From contig OX597820.1 in the NCBI GenBank assembly GCA_951406725.2, positions 108,252,001 through 108,316,000 of the forward strand: a DNA stretch of 64,000 nucleotides. The letters are read 5' to 3'. The position numbers were made by a program, and so were the translations under genes. This document shows positions 12,659-27,000 of this stretch, piece after piece. Numbering within the stretch: position 1 is the stretch's first letter; the number at the start of each line of letters is the position of its first letter. The notes beneath the pieces were generated by a model. It saw only the letters and a program-made list of their open reading frames with translations, had not been told where the DNA came from and did no database searches. The DNA comes from Octopus vulgaris (taxonomy: Eukaryota).

Positions 12659-14582
12659 GCTGTGAGAGAAGTGTGTGTGTGTATGGATAATGGCATGCTT
12701 GCACACACTGACTCTGAAAAGAAAGAGCTGTGCAAGTGCTACTATAACAGACTCTTAAATGTGGAGAATGAATGGGAGAAAAGGTATCTCCCCTAAGTGA
12801 ACCCAACAGAGGGAATGACTATTCATATTGACAGCAGTATAATAGATAAGGGAATTAAGGATAGGAAGACAGGGAAAGCCACTGGCTCATTGGGAGTCAT
12901 TGATGAGATGCTTAAAATATCTGCAAGAGTACAATATGCTCTAGTCACCTATATAGTTAATCAGGTTATTCAGGAAGGTGTCTTCTCCAATGACTGGTAT
13001 AGCAGCATTATGGTCAGCTGCTACAGAGGTAAGGGATATGCTTTAGATAGAATTAAATAGAGAGGTATCAAGTTGCTAGATCAGGTCATGAAAGTGATGG
13101 AAAGAGTTACAGCCCAGTAAATTAGGAGCAGAATTAGATTAGATGAAATGCAGTTTGGATTTGTGCCAGAAAGCGCAATTGATACTATCTTTACAGGCAA
13201 GACAACTGCAGAAGTATTTGGCCAAGAATAAACCATTGTACTTAGTGTTTATTGACTCAGAGAAAGCCTTTGACAGAGTACCCCGCTGCATGATATGCTG
13301 AGCTCTAAGGAAGCTAGGGGTAGGCAAGTGGCTTGTGAAAGCCGTACAAGCCATGAACAGAGGTTCTGTTAGTAAGGTGAGAGCTAACTGTGAGTATAGT
13401 GATGAATTTAGTTTACAGGTAGGCATTCATCAGAGTTCAGTTCTCAGTCCAATTCATAATAATTCTCCAGGCTATAACAGAGAAATTCGAGGTTGGCTGC
13501 CTCTGGGAACTGTTATATGCTGATGATCTTGCTCTTATAGTAGACTTTGTAACAGAACTAGAAAAGAAATTCCAGGGGTGGAAACAAAACCTAGAATCAA
13601 AGGGCTTTAAGGTTAACTTAGCAAAGACTAAGGTTCCAGTAGGCAAGAAAATGGACAGGACCCGTTCTCCATCAGGCAAATGGCCTAGCTCTATATAGGT
13701 AGAAAAGGTGTAGGCAGGAATTCCTCAGGAAACCAATTTTCTCAAATGCCCTGGAGGCTCTTCAGAGGTAGTGGATAATTTCTGTTACCTAGGAGCCCTA
13801 ATTAGTTGTGGAGAAGGAAGCACAGAAAGTGTAATCACTAGAATAAGAATAGGATGGAGAAAATTCAGAGAGCTTCTACCTCTGTTGATAACCAAAAGCC
13901 TCTCTCTCCAAGAGACGAGATAGAAAAAAGATTGTATGATGCATGTATACGAACAGCAATGCTACATGGTAGGGAGACATGGGCCCTAAATACAGAAGAC
14001 ATGTGAAGGCTAGGGAGTAATGAAGCTAGTATGCTCTGCTGGATATGCAATGTAAATGCGTGACAGAGTGCTAGTGTATTGAGAAAAAATTTGGGCATAA
14101 GAGGAATTAGATGCAGTGCGCAAAAGAGAAGACTGCACTGGTTTGGTTGTGCAATGCATATGAATGTAGACAGTTGCATACAGAAGTGCAAATCATTTAG
14201 GGTGGATGGAACTTGTGAAAGAGGGAGACCAGGAAGACATGGGATGAAGTATTGAAGCTCCAATCTCAAGACACTGCACCTTACAAAAGATGACTAAGGA
14301 CCAAGATATCTGGTGACTTGCTATACTCAAGAAGACCTGTCTGTCACAGCAGAGTTAATACTGATGCTGATGCTACACAAAAGCACTGGTACTGGTGCCA
14401 CATTAAAAGCACCCAGTACACTTTGTGGAGTAGTTGGTGTTAGGAAGGGCATCTAGCTGTAGAAACCATGCCAGAACAGACAATGGAGCCTGGTGCAGCT
14501 CCTGGCCTTACCAGCTCTGATCAAACCATCCCACCCATGCCAGCATGGAAAACATATTAAATGATGATGACAATGATGATGA
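12659..14582 (+). mobile_element. Older, heavily decayed RTE LINE of a related subfamily
   Basis: Fragments YYNRLLNVENEWEK, NQVIQEGVFSNDW, QVGIHQSSVLSP and LLYADDL, followed by the (GAT)n tail. Confidence 0.88.
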
Positions 14583-16224
14583 AATGGTTAACAATAACAT
14601 TTGTCAAAATGTTACATACACAACAGAGGATTTCCTCTAAAACCTTTTAAGGAAGCCCAAAATACTTGACATTCCCATGGATAACTGAGGAAAAGATACT
14701 CTCACAAGCATCACCTGATACTTTGGCAAGATGGGATATCAACAATGACAATAAGTTCTTTGTGAGTGATCCAGTTCTCCCAAATGTGTCAATGTCACAG
14801 ATTGAAAGACCGAGTTCACCAGTAAATTTTATTACTTTAGAATGTGTGATGGTGCAAAACAGTTACCAAGTGACATCTCAGAAGCACCTATCTCTAGCCC
14901 TCATACTAAGGGTAAACGTGTTAGGTCATTCTCATCACACCTGAACAATCCCATTGGCTACAGAATTAAGATATTTACTCCAGCAAGGGCTTCTATATAA
15001 ATGTATCACTATTTGACAGTTGAGCCACATTTACTTGATGTAACAATCCATGAAAACCATTAGAATCATGAGGCTAGATACATCATTCTTCTACATACAT
15101 TAGCTTTGGCTACAAAATCAAATGGGTATGCAGAGTTTATCCTGGTTAACAAAGAAACCACAGGCAAACTGTCGACCCAATCTCCAGAAAATTTAGCACT
15201 CACAGAAAGTAAGCAACACCTTGAATAGTATGAGTTAAAAATATATTTTAACTGTAATTTTTAATAACAACAATCCAGACATTTAGAGTAATTTGCACCA
15301 GCAAAATGTCAACCCAAACCCCAGAAAATTTACCACTCACAGAATTTACAATATAGCATCTCTCCCTATCACTTAATCCTTAATGTTCATGATTTTAGCT
15401 TTGATTTATTTTCAAAGTCTTCATTAGTCATTTCTACAAATGTCACTTTCTATATCAATTTGAAGCCCCTGTTTTGTATCTATACATAAAAATGTTGCCC
15501 TATTGTTCTAAGCAACAGCTAATACAATAGATACTCTACTGCTTCATTATAAATCAGGTTGCACAGCTAATGACTTGAGTATATTGCTAAAACATACTTT
15601 ATTTAATAAAACTTTGAATCAGTTTTACATTACTTCAAGTTTCATGGGTGTAGGACATGTCCAGTCCATCACATGTTCTGAGACAGACTCTCTCTCCCTC
15701 CCAAATCTGAGAAGGACATCTATGCCCATCAAACTTCAAGCAATGTGAAGCTGAGAAAACTATAAAAAAAGCATGTAACTCCAATGAAATGTGTTGAGTG
15801 CTACTTTCATTTGTTCACTCGCTCATAAAGCATTGAAAGGCTGGAAAGTAAAACTGACTGCCAAAGGATTAGTATTGGGAGATAACAAATTCTTAGGCAT
15901 ATTACATTTGCAAGACCCCGACATAAAGTTCCCCACAGGAAAAGTGACATTGACAGACTATCTCAGAAGAAAATAGAAGTTTAACCCTCTAAGCCATATC
16001 AAGCCCAAGTATTCTATCTGTTTTATGTTCAAACCAGCCAGTCATCTTAAAAATAAACAATTACATCATCAAGATCTTGATAAATGTTTAATTTAAAACA
16101 ATATGAATAAATAAGTCTTACATCTGACAGAGTGATTTGAATGCTAAAGGGTTAAGATCAATACAGGCAGCCTTTTCAGTGTTTGCAGGATATCACTGAG
16201 ACACTATCTGCTAAACAACAGCAA

Positions 16225-16390
16225 TATGTGTGTGTGTGTGTATATATATACATACACACACACATATATATATATATATATACACACACACATATACATA
16301 TACATATATATATATACACACACATATACATATATATACACACATATATATATATACACACACATATATATATACAAAAACACACATAAT
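16225..16390. repeat. (AT)/(AC)/(GT) compound microsatellite
   Basis: Directly visible. It produces the spurious YIYI/HTHT ORFs. Confidence 0.95.
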
Positions 16391-18694
16391 GTACTCAAAA
16401 GTGAAGAGAACATTATAAAAAAAAAACAGAAAAAGACATAATCAGGTTATATATCTTTTATTAAAAAGAGACACAGAAACTTGGAACATTCCAACAATCC
16501 ATTAGAAAATAACTTAAATTTTCAAGAAGAAATATGCCATCTTTGCAAACCAAAAAATTTGTTAGAATACTTACTTTGTAATTTTGAAGCACCATCATCT
16601 GTTAGGACTTGTTTTTCCACATTGCCTTGGGTAATGCTGGAGTGATCAATATACAACATGTTAATTTTATGATGCCATTTGCGAAACTCAATATTTAAAG
16701 AATGATTTGACTACTTCCCAAACTTTCCATTGTCTACATCTGAAAGCACTCTCATGCAATAACTAAAGAACATTTTAATGCCAGCATGCATCATTCCTAT
16801 ACATTTGTCCAAATTTACATCAATCTTTCATTACTAAATGACACTTATGATGCTGAGTGCTTTTTTTCATTTTACTTGTACTGTACATTCAAAAACATTA
16901 TACAACAAATAGTTGTCTTTTCTTGAGAAACGAGCTAAAAGATCTTTCGTTTTACGCTCTTCAAAACTTAACCAATATATTCATTAAATTCACTACAATT
17001 GCTACTTAGATAACAAAACTCCACTAACTCATCCAAGAAATCCACAAGTTCACAATGTTATTTAATTCAGGGAATATATATATGATAAACAACATTCTGG
17101 TTATTAGTCAATCTTTTCCTGTTATCTATCAAGTCTTACAAGTTGATTTAAATACCCTATCCAAAGTTGATTCTGTGTACCCATTACACACACCCATATC
17201 GGCTATCTTTATAATCTACAAGAGAATTCCCTAAAACTCAGTTACTTTTCCACAACAACCATATTTACTGTATCTCCTTCAGGTTTACATTGCACATCTA
17301 ACAGTGTATTCAACTAAGTTATTACTTTCATTACCATAGAATTACCAGTCTTTCTATAAAGAAAACATTTTCTTGGTTACCCTCTCTTACATCTTAAATG
17401 ACGGTTAACTTTATGATCTGCACTAATGTATTTAATAACAATCTTAGAATTACAGAAGTATTGAGATTCTAAAGACAAAATAATGAAAAACTGGAATTAA
17501 AAATTTAAAAGGTAATAGGCCTTTTAATCATTCATATTCCTGTTTAAGAAAAACCAAGCTGTTAGCGATATTTGTTTTAATGTTTGAATCTGCTTTCTTT
17601 AGTGTACCAAATTATAGCATGGTATTGTCCATGTTATCAAATACTAAATCCAGTCTTTATATTAATCTAAAGATACTTCATCAAGTACCAAAACCAATTT
17701 TCACATATAGCTTAAATTTAAGTGAAATAGTAAGGGCTTTTATACAGTTGCTTAGAAGAAAAGGCTTTCTGAAACTCTATTCACCTTTTAATTATTCCAT
17801 CAATTTTAACTATCAAACATTAGTTTGATTGTTGTTAAAGAGCCATGATGTCATCAGAACTGAAAACTAATTTCAGATACCTTTAAAATGTTCAGTTGTT
17901 GTTCAACTAAAATTTGTTACTAAAATTAAAATTTTATACTGTTTACTAATTCATTTAGTACAAAAAATTAAAACTAAATTAAAAAAGGAAAAGTGAAATT
18001 AATTGAATTTTTAAAAAATATGAAAAAGTACCTACAAGGTATTTTTATCTTAAACCATAGACTACTTACTTAGTAAAAAACATATATATAAAATTTAATT
18101 TTAGCAGCAATATTTAAGCTCTATTTTTAATGAGTTTTTTTCTTGTCCTCTACTTTTCCAGGTTTAATTAAGAATACTGTTACAATTTTTAACAGTCATT
18201 TTGAATACAAAAATTTTCAAGAAAATTCAAACAAAATTTTGATTTTTCCATTTTACTAATTCTCATTTAGAAATTATGAGGATACAAATTTAAGAAAATA
18301 ACTTTATCTTAAATAAATTAATATTGAATAGAATATAATAACAAGTGGCATTTACTTTTTCTGAACATACTACAGACTTCAGCACTGCTCATAGAGACAA
18401 TGCTACACATGATCATATTCTATTTACTATAAAATGAATTAGCAAAAATTGATAAAAGTTTGAGAATTAAAAATTAAATATCTATTTTGCTAATGGATAA
18501 AATATTACGAAACCTTTACCAATATATTCCTTTAACATTTCTCTTTCATATTAATAAAATTTCGGTACTGTACAGAGATGAAGTTACAAATGAATATATT
18601 TAAAGAATTTTTAAAATGAAAAAAAAAAAATGAGGATACAAATTTAATGACTTTATTTTAAATAAATAAAATATTGAACCATATTATAATCTGC

Positions 18695-19985
18695 TTATTC
18701 CTTCCTTAGCTAGTTTGTCCGTCCGTAACGTTCTTCATATAATATATAAGAGGAGGAACAGAGAGGTAGTGAGAGAGAATGAGTCAGAGGGAGAGATAGT
18801 GGTGATAGTGTCTGTGAATGTGTGACATTCTGTGTGTTTATAGATAGATAGACACATATCTATACGGAATACAAGTGGATAGATAAATACATCAGCAGAT
18901 TGTTAAATCAAAGAGAAATAACCACAGTAAATTTTCAATGTTACTTTTACTTTTCAATATAGAGGAAGGACAAAGAGGTAGTGAGAGAGAGAGAGAGTAG
19001 TGACAGAAAGTGTGTGTGTGCGCACCTATACATACGTGTATAGATATGTGTAAACTGTAAATTGGGGATGGGATTTTTATCTATATATCTAATGAAACAA
19101 ATTTTGAAGTTGAAATCAAATATTATTCAAAAGTAATCTGCTGTGGAAAAATATGCCGGTGGCACGTAAAAAGCACCATCTGACCGTGGCCGTTTGCCAG
19201 CCCCGTCTGGTACCTGTGCCGGAGGCACGTAAAAAGCACCCACTACACTCACGGAGTGGTTGGCGTTAGGAAGGGCATCCAGCTGTAGAAACATTGCCAG
19301 ATCAGACTGGGCCTGGTGCAGCCTTCTGGCTTCCCAGACCCCAGTTGAACCATCCAACCCATGCTAGCATGGAAAGCGGACGCTAAATGATGATGAATTT
19401 TGAAATTGAAATAAAATGTTACTTAAAATGTGGAGGTTTCTTTTCGAGGGTGCACACAACCAGATACAATGTGCAGTTGTCATGGTAATGTTCCTTCTTT
19501 AGTTAGTTCGTCCAACTGTTACACTCTTCATATAATATATAAGCGGAGGAACAGCGAGGTAGTGAAAGAGAAAGAGTCAGAGTCAGATGGAGAGGGAGAG
19601 ACAGTGGTGGGAGAAAGTGTGTGTGTGTGTGTGAAGGTGTGACATTTTCTGTGTGTTTATAGATAGACACATATCTATATGGAACACAAGTAGATAGATA
19701 AATACATTGACAGATCGTTGAATCAAAGAGAAATAACCACAGCAAATTTTTGATGTTACTTTTACTTTTCGATACTGAGGAGGGACAAAGAGGTAGTGAG
19801 AGGGAGAGAGAGAGTAGTGATAGAAAGTGAGTGTGTGTGAATATGTGACATCCTGTATGTGCATCTATACATACATGTATAGATATGTGTAAACTGTAAA
19901 TCAGGGATGGGATTTTTATCTATATATCTAATGAAACAAATTTTGACATTGAAATCAAATGTTACTCAAAATGTGGAGGAATTTT
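18695..19985 (+). repeat. Diverged tandem duplication of a ~430-480-bp unit (about 18695-19135 and 19490-19985), probably a Helitron non-coding region
   Basis: Both copies read ttccttc.ttag.tagtt...tcttcatataatatataag...gatgggatttttatctatatatctaatgaaacaaattttga and lie directly upstream of the helicase remnant. Confidence 0.75.
19153..19396 (+). mobile_element. Young RTE-type 3' tail insertion
   Basis: Near-consensus ggtggcacgtaaaaagcacc...aggaagggcatccagctgtagaaac...gatgatgatg with CpGs retained. Confidence 0.85.
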
Positions 19986-20034
19986 TTTTTTACGAGTGCA
20001 TAATGGATGATATCTTCAACATCTGAGGAAGAGA

Positions 20035-20490
20035 GAAGAAGCAGAGTAATTCTTTCATCAAAGAACTCAGACTGCCTCCTGATCAATGAAGAAGTTTTGA
20101 GACAACTTCCAGCTGACTGCCACACCTATTATAATATAGGTAAAGTTTTGACAAATGATCCTACTGAGACTGAGCGCTATCCACTTGAATTTCTAAACTC
20201 TTTGACACCATCAGGAATCCCTCCTCATTAATTGAGTTTAAAACCTGGCTCAATAGTAATGCTTCTTCATAATATTTCTATCCAGAATGGACTCTACAAT
20301 AGTACAAGACTGGAAGTGGTGGCCATGCATCAACACTGAATCGAGGCTTACTTGATTGACAGCTCACTAATTGGCAGTTGTGTCCTCATCTCCAGAATAA
20401 AGCTGGCTCCAAGCAAAGCCTAACTTGCCATTCACCTTGGAGAGAACCCAGTTCCTTGTCCATTTGTCATATGCTAAGACTATAAACAAA
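20035..20490 (+). mobile_element. Helitron PIF1-like helicase C-terminal remnant (pseudogenised)
   Basis: Reads ILSSKN..CLLINEEVL...YPLEFLNSLTPSGIPPH*LSLKPGSIVMLLHNISIQNGLYNSTRL...RIKL...LPFTLERTQF.VHLSYAKTINK, the typical Helitron/PIF1 motifs. Confidence 0.88.
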
Positions 20491-23400
20491 CCTTTACCAA
20501 TATATTCCTTTAACATTTCTCTTTCATATTAATATTAATATAATAATTCTTAATCATATTTCGTTTTGGGATTTGGTTTGCAAGATTCTTTATATGAGTT
20601 CGTGTGTTGAAGCATATTCTGTTGTGTCTGGGGAGAGTCATTTTCTTTTTGTGCCTTATAATTTAACACACTCACCGGTAAAATTCTTAATCAAAATTAA
20701 AAGAATGATGTGGATTCAAAGTGTCGATGTTGGGCATTACTACCCATCAGTCAACCAGTTTTGTCTATACAATTTTTCTCTTAACTGTTGTTCTACTGCA
20801 CCAGATTTTAAGTATTTTATGTTTAAATGTAGCTTATGACGAGTCAAACATAATTCAAAAAACTAAATTTGATTTCAATTAAAACTGAATTAGTGAGACT
20901 GCTTGGAAGACGTGGACTGCAACAAAAAAACTACGTTAAGAATATTATTCAACCACTACTGTGCTTGAATGATGACATTAAATGATGATGGTAATGCATA
21001 CACACATATATATATATACATACAAATATGTCATGGTTAAATGGCAACCAACGATTATAGCTATCAAACAATGGTCAAAAGAAATATAAAATACTAATGT
21101 CAAGTTTAATAAAGTTAAAGGCAACAACTTACTTTGTAATGGGAAGTTAGAGAAGATAGTTATCAAGGTTTTAATAGAAGATATTTCCAAATATTCTAAT
21201 GCACTGCATCTATTACTGGATACTGCTTAGAGAGCACACCACTGTGTAGTTTTCATTGCTTCTCTAGATAGATATGGACAATATTCCTCAAAGAGCTAAG
21301 GATTTTACAGCATTAATTTATCAATGCTAGCATAGATTAGATTAAAATTTTGGTCATTTGAATGTTTGGCAGTATATGCCATACTTCAGTCGGATCTGGT
21401 ATACTATATACAATCCATCATAATGACTGGTGTGTAGAGTGATGAGTGTAAAGATAGTTTTTTCTTTTTTTTTGCATTAGAGCAATAGTTGTTTACAGCT
21501 GGATGTTCTCCTAGAACTATCAACACAACCGTAAACAAAGGAGTGAAAGGCTAGCAGGTAAACTTAAAAGCTTTGCTCCGAGTATATCAAAGTAGCTGTA
21601 ATAAGTTAGGTACTTACATGATCCAGAATTTTAACCTCAGATCAACAGAGATCTAATTTTCATATTCTTTAATCTTTATATTTGTGAAGTATGCTACAGT
21701 CAACAATAAAACTTACTTTTACCTATTTCCAAACCTTAAAGTCAAAAAAGGAAACTTTTAACTATCTTAGTAAGTTTAAGAGTACATTTTTAAGAAAACA
21801 AGAAATTCTCTCTTCAACACCCAAAAACAAGTTGAAGTGACTCCATACATTGACCAACAGAGTGACTTGTTAATATTGCTACACTTAAAAACTAAAACTG
21901 TTGACTTTGAATCCTATACAATTTACTGACTAAAACAATTATTTGTGAAACATAAATAATTGGGGTTGGTTGTCAGTCTCATTAAAATATCCTGCATCAT
22001 CACTCACAAGAAAGGTGAATTGTAGTCCCATCAAATGACAGCACTTATGATCTTCTGTGATCTAAAAAAGAAGAGAGAAAAGGAAAAAAAATAAGATGGG
22101 TATTCTTAACATTTATTTCTTAAACTGAATACAAATTTTCAGATAACTTACTACAATTGAAGTTTCAAAACAAATATAAAAAGCATCCCGATTTTATATA
22201 GAAAGTAATTTTATGAATCTGATAATGATGATAATAATAGAAGTAAATTTCATAAAAAGCTCCAATTCCAATAAGGAATGAATATGTAAAGCTGAAAGCA
22301 AAACAGATGCAAGTGGAATGTAATCTCAGATAGTTATTTGAGTGTAAAACAACACTGTTAATATCAACATAGTGCAAGTGCAATTTTCTTGAAGAACACT
22401 TTGGTTAAGAGAAGGCTGCTAACAAAAAAAAAATTTTTAGTAATTAATCTATATGCATTGATATTCAAGATTTTCAGACTTTTAACACCTTCATAGAACA
22501 CTTTTTTGAATTATGAAAAGATTACTCTATTGAACATCGTTTCACCAATTTATATTTTATGTCTATTTTCCATGATCTTCAACAGTGCCTATGTGAAGGC
22601 CACTAAAAAAAACACAAAACCATTGAGAAAAAATGTCTATTAAGAATTATATCTGACCAACTGAATCAACAGTAGAAAATTGATTATAAAAAGATGTTCA
22701 TAATATTTTTACTACTTGAAATAACATGTATGTATATATGTGTACCCTTGTCTTGATATCACGATAGTTGTCAATGAGTATCATCATCATACAAGTGTCA
22801 TACCACAAGGAAATAACTTGCTTGGAAACAGATGAGGGTTAGTGTCTGGAAGGGTATCCTCAATAAATTATGTCTGACCCATGCAAACATGGAAAACTGG
22901 ATGTTAAATTGATGCCGATAGTGAAGTTGTTAGCACAATAGTTGTAATGACAAAAGGCTACTACTCAGTATGCTAAATGTACAGCGACCAGTGAAAGAGA
23001 ACAACTGGATACCAAATAGTAAAGCAAATCTTTTCTCAGTCTTGAATGTTGAACATTCTGTTTGCAGTAACTTAAAAGTTAGATTGGTAACAGTTTCCAA
23101 ATTGTGCAAGAATATGAAGAAAAAAATTAAGAAATATTTGGTTACCATAAAGAGGAAGAAGAACCAAAAATATATAATAAAATATGATGAGTGACTAAGA
23201 AATTGGTTTAAGATTACAAAATGATATTATTGAGGCTAGCTTACCTACAAGTAGTCAAGGCATATATTATGTATTCTGCATGGATTAGAAATATAATTTG
23301 CCCACAAGTACTGGCTAAATGACTTAGTAGCTTCATTGGTATAACTAAATCTGATGAACATCAATTAGAACTAGTTTACTGTCACAAGTCTACAATCACT

Positions 23401-23996
23401 CTTAGAGTGTTTCAAACATTTTCTGCTTAGTATTGAACAGAAGTCTAGATGCAAGACATGGGCAAATATTGTGCAAAAGCCATTAGTTAATTCTGAGAAA
23501 TCAGGTCAGAGTTAATACGTACAGTGAAAAATCTGAGGTACAAAAAGGTATCTTCTACTTTTCATACTGCTTCTCCAGGCCCTTATGGCAGAGTCCAACT
23601 TAAGTATGGCCTAGTTGTCAGTGCTGAATCAATGGGAAGTACTGCAGCATGAAAACTGGAAACAGAATCTGAAATCAAAAGGGGTTGTGGGGAACATAAC
23701 AAAGTGACAGAAACCTTCACAGAGCAAAATTAGTAAGGCTTACTTTGCTCAGTATGTAGACTGTGAAATTATTGCCAATAACACACCATTTTTGGAAAGC
23801 ATGCATTCACAAGTTCCAAAAAAACAGTGAAGTGTCATAGGGTAAGAGCTATACAAAAACAATAATTAAGGCCTAAATTTTCTGAGAGGAAATTTTGATT
23901 AAAAGAATGTGAAGCAGATGGTAATTTAGGAATAAGGATAACAGGGTTCTGTGGTTATTTATACAAACAGTCTAAAAAAGATTGAAAATCACTTGA

Positions 23997-24095
23997 TGGC
24001 CTGATGAAGCCTTCTGGCTTCACAGACCCCAGTAGAACCGTCCAACCCATGCTAGCATGGAAAACGGACGCTAAACGACGATGATGATGATGATG
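23997..24095 (+). mobile_element. Short RTE-type 3' tail
   Basis: gaaccgtccaacccatgctagcatggaaaacggacgctaaacgacgatgatg. Confidence 0.8.
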
Positions 24096-27000
24096 AATGT
24101 ATAGTCAATGTGTATATAATTAGATGTAATGAAAAAAGCAGTTTGGATGAAGTATGAAGTTTAGAGTTTATACCATGTATTGTTCAATTTTTGAGTAAAA
24201 AGCAAATGAAAAATTCCTAGTCATATGAATAAATGTAGTCCAAACAAAAGAGGTTAATGAAATAGGTTGGTGTCAGAGCATATGCACCAAATTCTTATCT
24301 AAGAGCAAGGGAAATAACAGTTAATATTTAAAATCAGATGTTGGGAGGGGAGTTTCAGGAAAATGCAGTTCTGAAGAATACTGACTGGGTTAGGATTGAA
24401 TGAAGGTAGAGGTATGTAAAACAAATTAGTTTAGGTGGAAGTGGTTTACAAACAGGAAAGGATATATCTTAGCAATGGTCAAATAGCTGTAGTAAACTTT
24501 AAAAAAGGCTAAAGTATTTACAGGGTAAGTGATGGATATTCAAGAAATCAATAGCATGATTATATTTTGAGTTGCACAATCAGAAATTTGGTTAAGACCA
24601 ATGTGCCAAGAACTGAGGCTACATGACATTTGAGTCATGTAGAAGAAGATAGTATAACATAATTTCACAGAAGCATGCCCTGACAGAGACTACACATCCT
24701 TGAAGTAAACTGAAATTGAGAAAGCTTCTAATTCATGTTATCAGACATGTGGTAAAACCTCTTAGCAGGAATTGTTGTTAGATATCAGTTAAGACTTTTG
24801 CTGATGACAAGATTACGAACCTATTTTCACCCAAGTTTTCAAAACAAGAGACCTTTGGTATGTGAATTAAGTAGTCTCATTTGATTTGACTTTACTCTGC
24901 AAAAGTTACTGGTCTCTGATAAGAGAGACAGCGGATCATAAGATCATTTTTATTCTTGGGAAAATTGAAAGTGAAAACTAAACATGGATAATTGATAGTC
25001 AGTGATATATCATAGCTGTAGAGATAACAAGGACAATCAGTCTTCACTCACAGAAATTCCCATCCCTAGTGGATATATGTACAAGATAGTATTGAGAGAG
25101 GACTATAGGTTTGTTGTGCATGAGAGAGAAGTTAGTTAAAAGTAAGTTATAATAGCTTAGCTTCAAGAACCACTTGGATTATAGTTAAGGAGGTAGATGC
25201 ATGAAAGTCTTGTCACTGTGGAGTTTCCAGATAGAGAATCATTCCTATGTATTAGGTTACCAGCACAGCTGCTTATTTATTAACCACTAAACTGTTTATT
25301 GGATGAAAGACTTTAAGGGATATGGAAGGATGAATTTATGAAGATAGATTGTTACCTTCAATTAGCTAGGAGTGAACTACATTCATTACTAAATGTAACA
25401 TAAAACTGAGGTAGACTCCCAACACTTGATACTACCAAAAGCTTTAATGTGAGGTATTATTTACTGTTTAAGTAAAGCTTAATTCAAATGTTCCTACAAT
25501 ATCATTATGATACATTTGGGAGCTTTTCTATAGAAACCAATTTTATACATTAGAAGACTTAAAACTCAAATGATTAATTTTAATTAAAAGTTTTAAAGAA
25601 ATTGGAGTGATGCCTCAGAATGACCATAGTTCAATGACCAAAACCAGCAAAAGAATAGAGATTAAATCATAAACACTGTTTTTAAAGAGACCGAATTGAT
25701 CAGTTTGAGCAGCACTTCACACACGTGTGTGTGTGTGTGCAAATATAAGCAGTTGACATAACATACACAATTTCTCCTTTGGACTGCTTGCATTCACAGA
25801 CAATATATTTGATTGCTTGAAAACCCTTATTTTTTCCAAAAGAAATGGTCTTTAAAACGTTACTTTTTTTTTTTTTTTTTTGTAGCTTTGACTGCAATTA
25901 TAAAAAGACATAAATTAGAATTTCAGATTCGGAGAGAACTGATTCTCCAGTCATGAATCATATTTTGTTTCAGAAATAGAATTTCCCCTATCTGCATTAT
26001 TTTTCTTTTTAAATTAAAAACAAAAATATATAATCTTTTATATTTCTCAGGAAAAAATTTCATAAGAGTCTCTAACAATCACAACCACACAACTATAAAT
26101 ACATGAATAAAACCTGAAACAATGAGGTTTAACCCTTTGAACCCATGACTATGTTTTAGTGGGCATGATTTCGTTACACTATACTTCTGGAAGACGCATA
26201 ATTTTGTTTATAGCTGAAAAAAACGTTTCTGTCAATTAACATGCTGTAAATACAAAAGTATGTGGCCACTTGCTTTTACATCTTCTAGGGTTATAATCAA
26301 CTGAATTCGTGCCAGCTAAAGCATATTTGCAGGTAACAAAGTTTCTTTGAAATTTATCGGAAACATGAAGTGAAAGAAAATACAAACAATGGAGAAAAAT
26401 GGAAATTTAATTTAAAATGTTAACACAATAGGAGTACAAAATATGAATACTATGAAAAGTTTAAAAGTACATATGGATTATTGCCTTAAGATTTATTAAA
26501 TAAAATTTCAAATACACATCTTAAGTTATTTGAAAAATAACATATTTAAAAATGAAGTAAAATTATAAAATGAAAAATAAGTTTAAATATCTTAACTGTA
26601 TCTTAATTAGCCAAAGGAAGCAACTTTGAAAGTATGTTGTTACTTGCTACATTTAAAATATAAGGAATACTGGGGAAAGTGGGGGGAGTACTGAGATGAC
26701 ACCCGCACACACAATTTATATTTTATTTCAAGGTTTCTTTATTATAATGCCTTCTTTTATCTTAATTACGTCCTTAAATTATTTGTGGAACAATTACTTT
26801 CATACAGACTCTCACAAATAACGATATTTTTGGAGACACCGTGAAACAACTGTTGATAAGAGTAAAAAAAGGGGGAGAAATCATCCAAAGCAATGGGGGA
26901 ATGCTGCTATTCATCAGACTTTCCGATTCTGTCAGTAGCATAAATTTCCCAAATTCAAAACAGCATAGGATTGGATTATTTATAACCAATACAGTAAAAA

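Noticed and set aside
14666-14944. 92-aa ORF in unique-looking sequence (also 808-1059, 6612-6983, 11769-12068)
   Set aside because: No recognisable domain or convincing splice context, and the lengths are compatible with chance.
20007-20231. Host PIF1 helicase gene
   Set aside because: Stops and frameshifts, no splice structure and Helitron-type motifs mark it as a transposon remnant.
23400-25400. Possible very old L1/Tx1 LINE (AYAPN-like and DYIL-like words)
   Set aside because: Only two short degenerate motifs, too weak without an HMM search.
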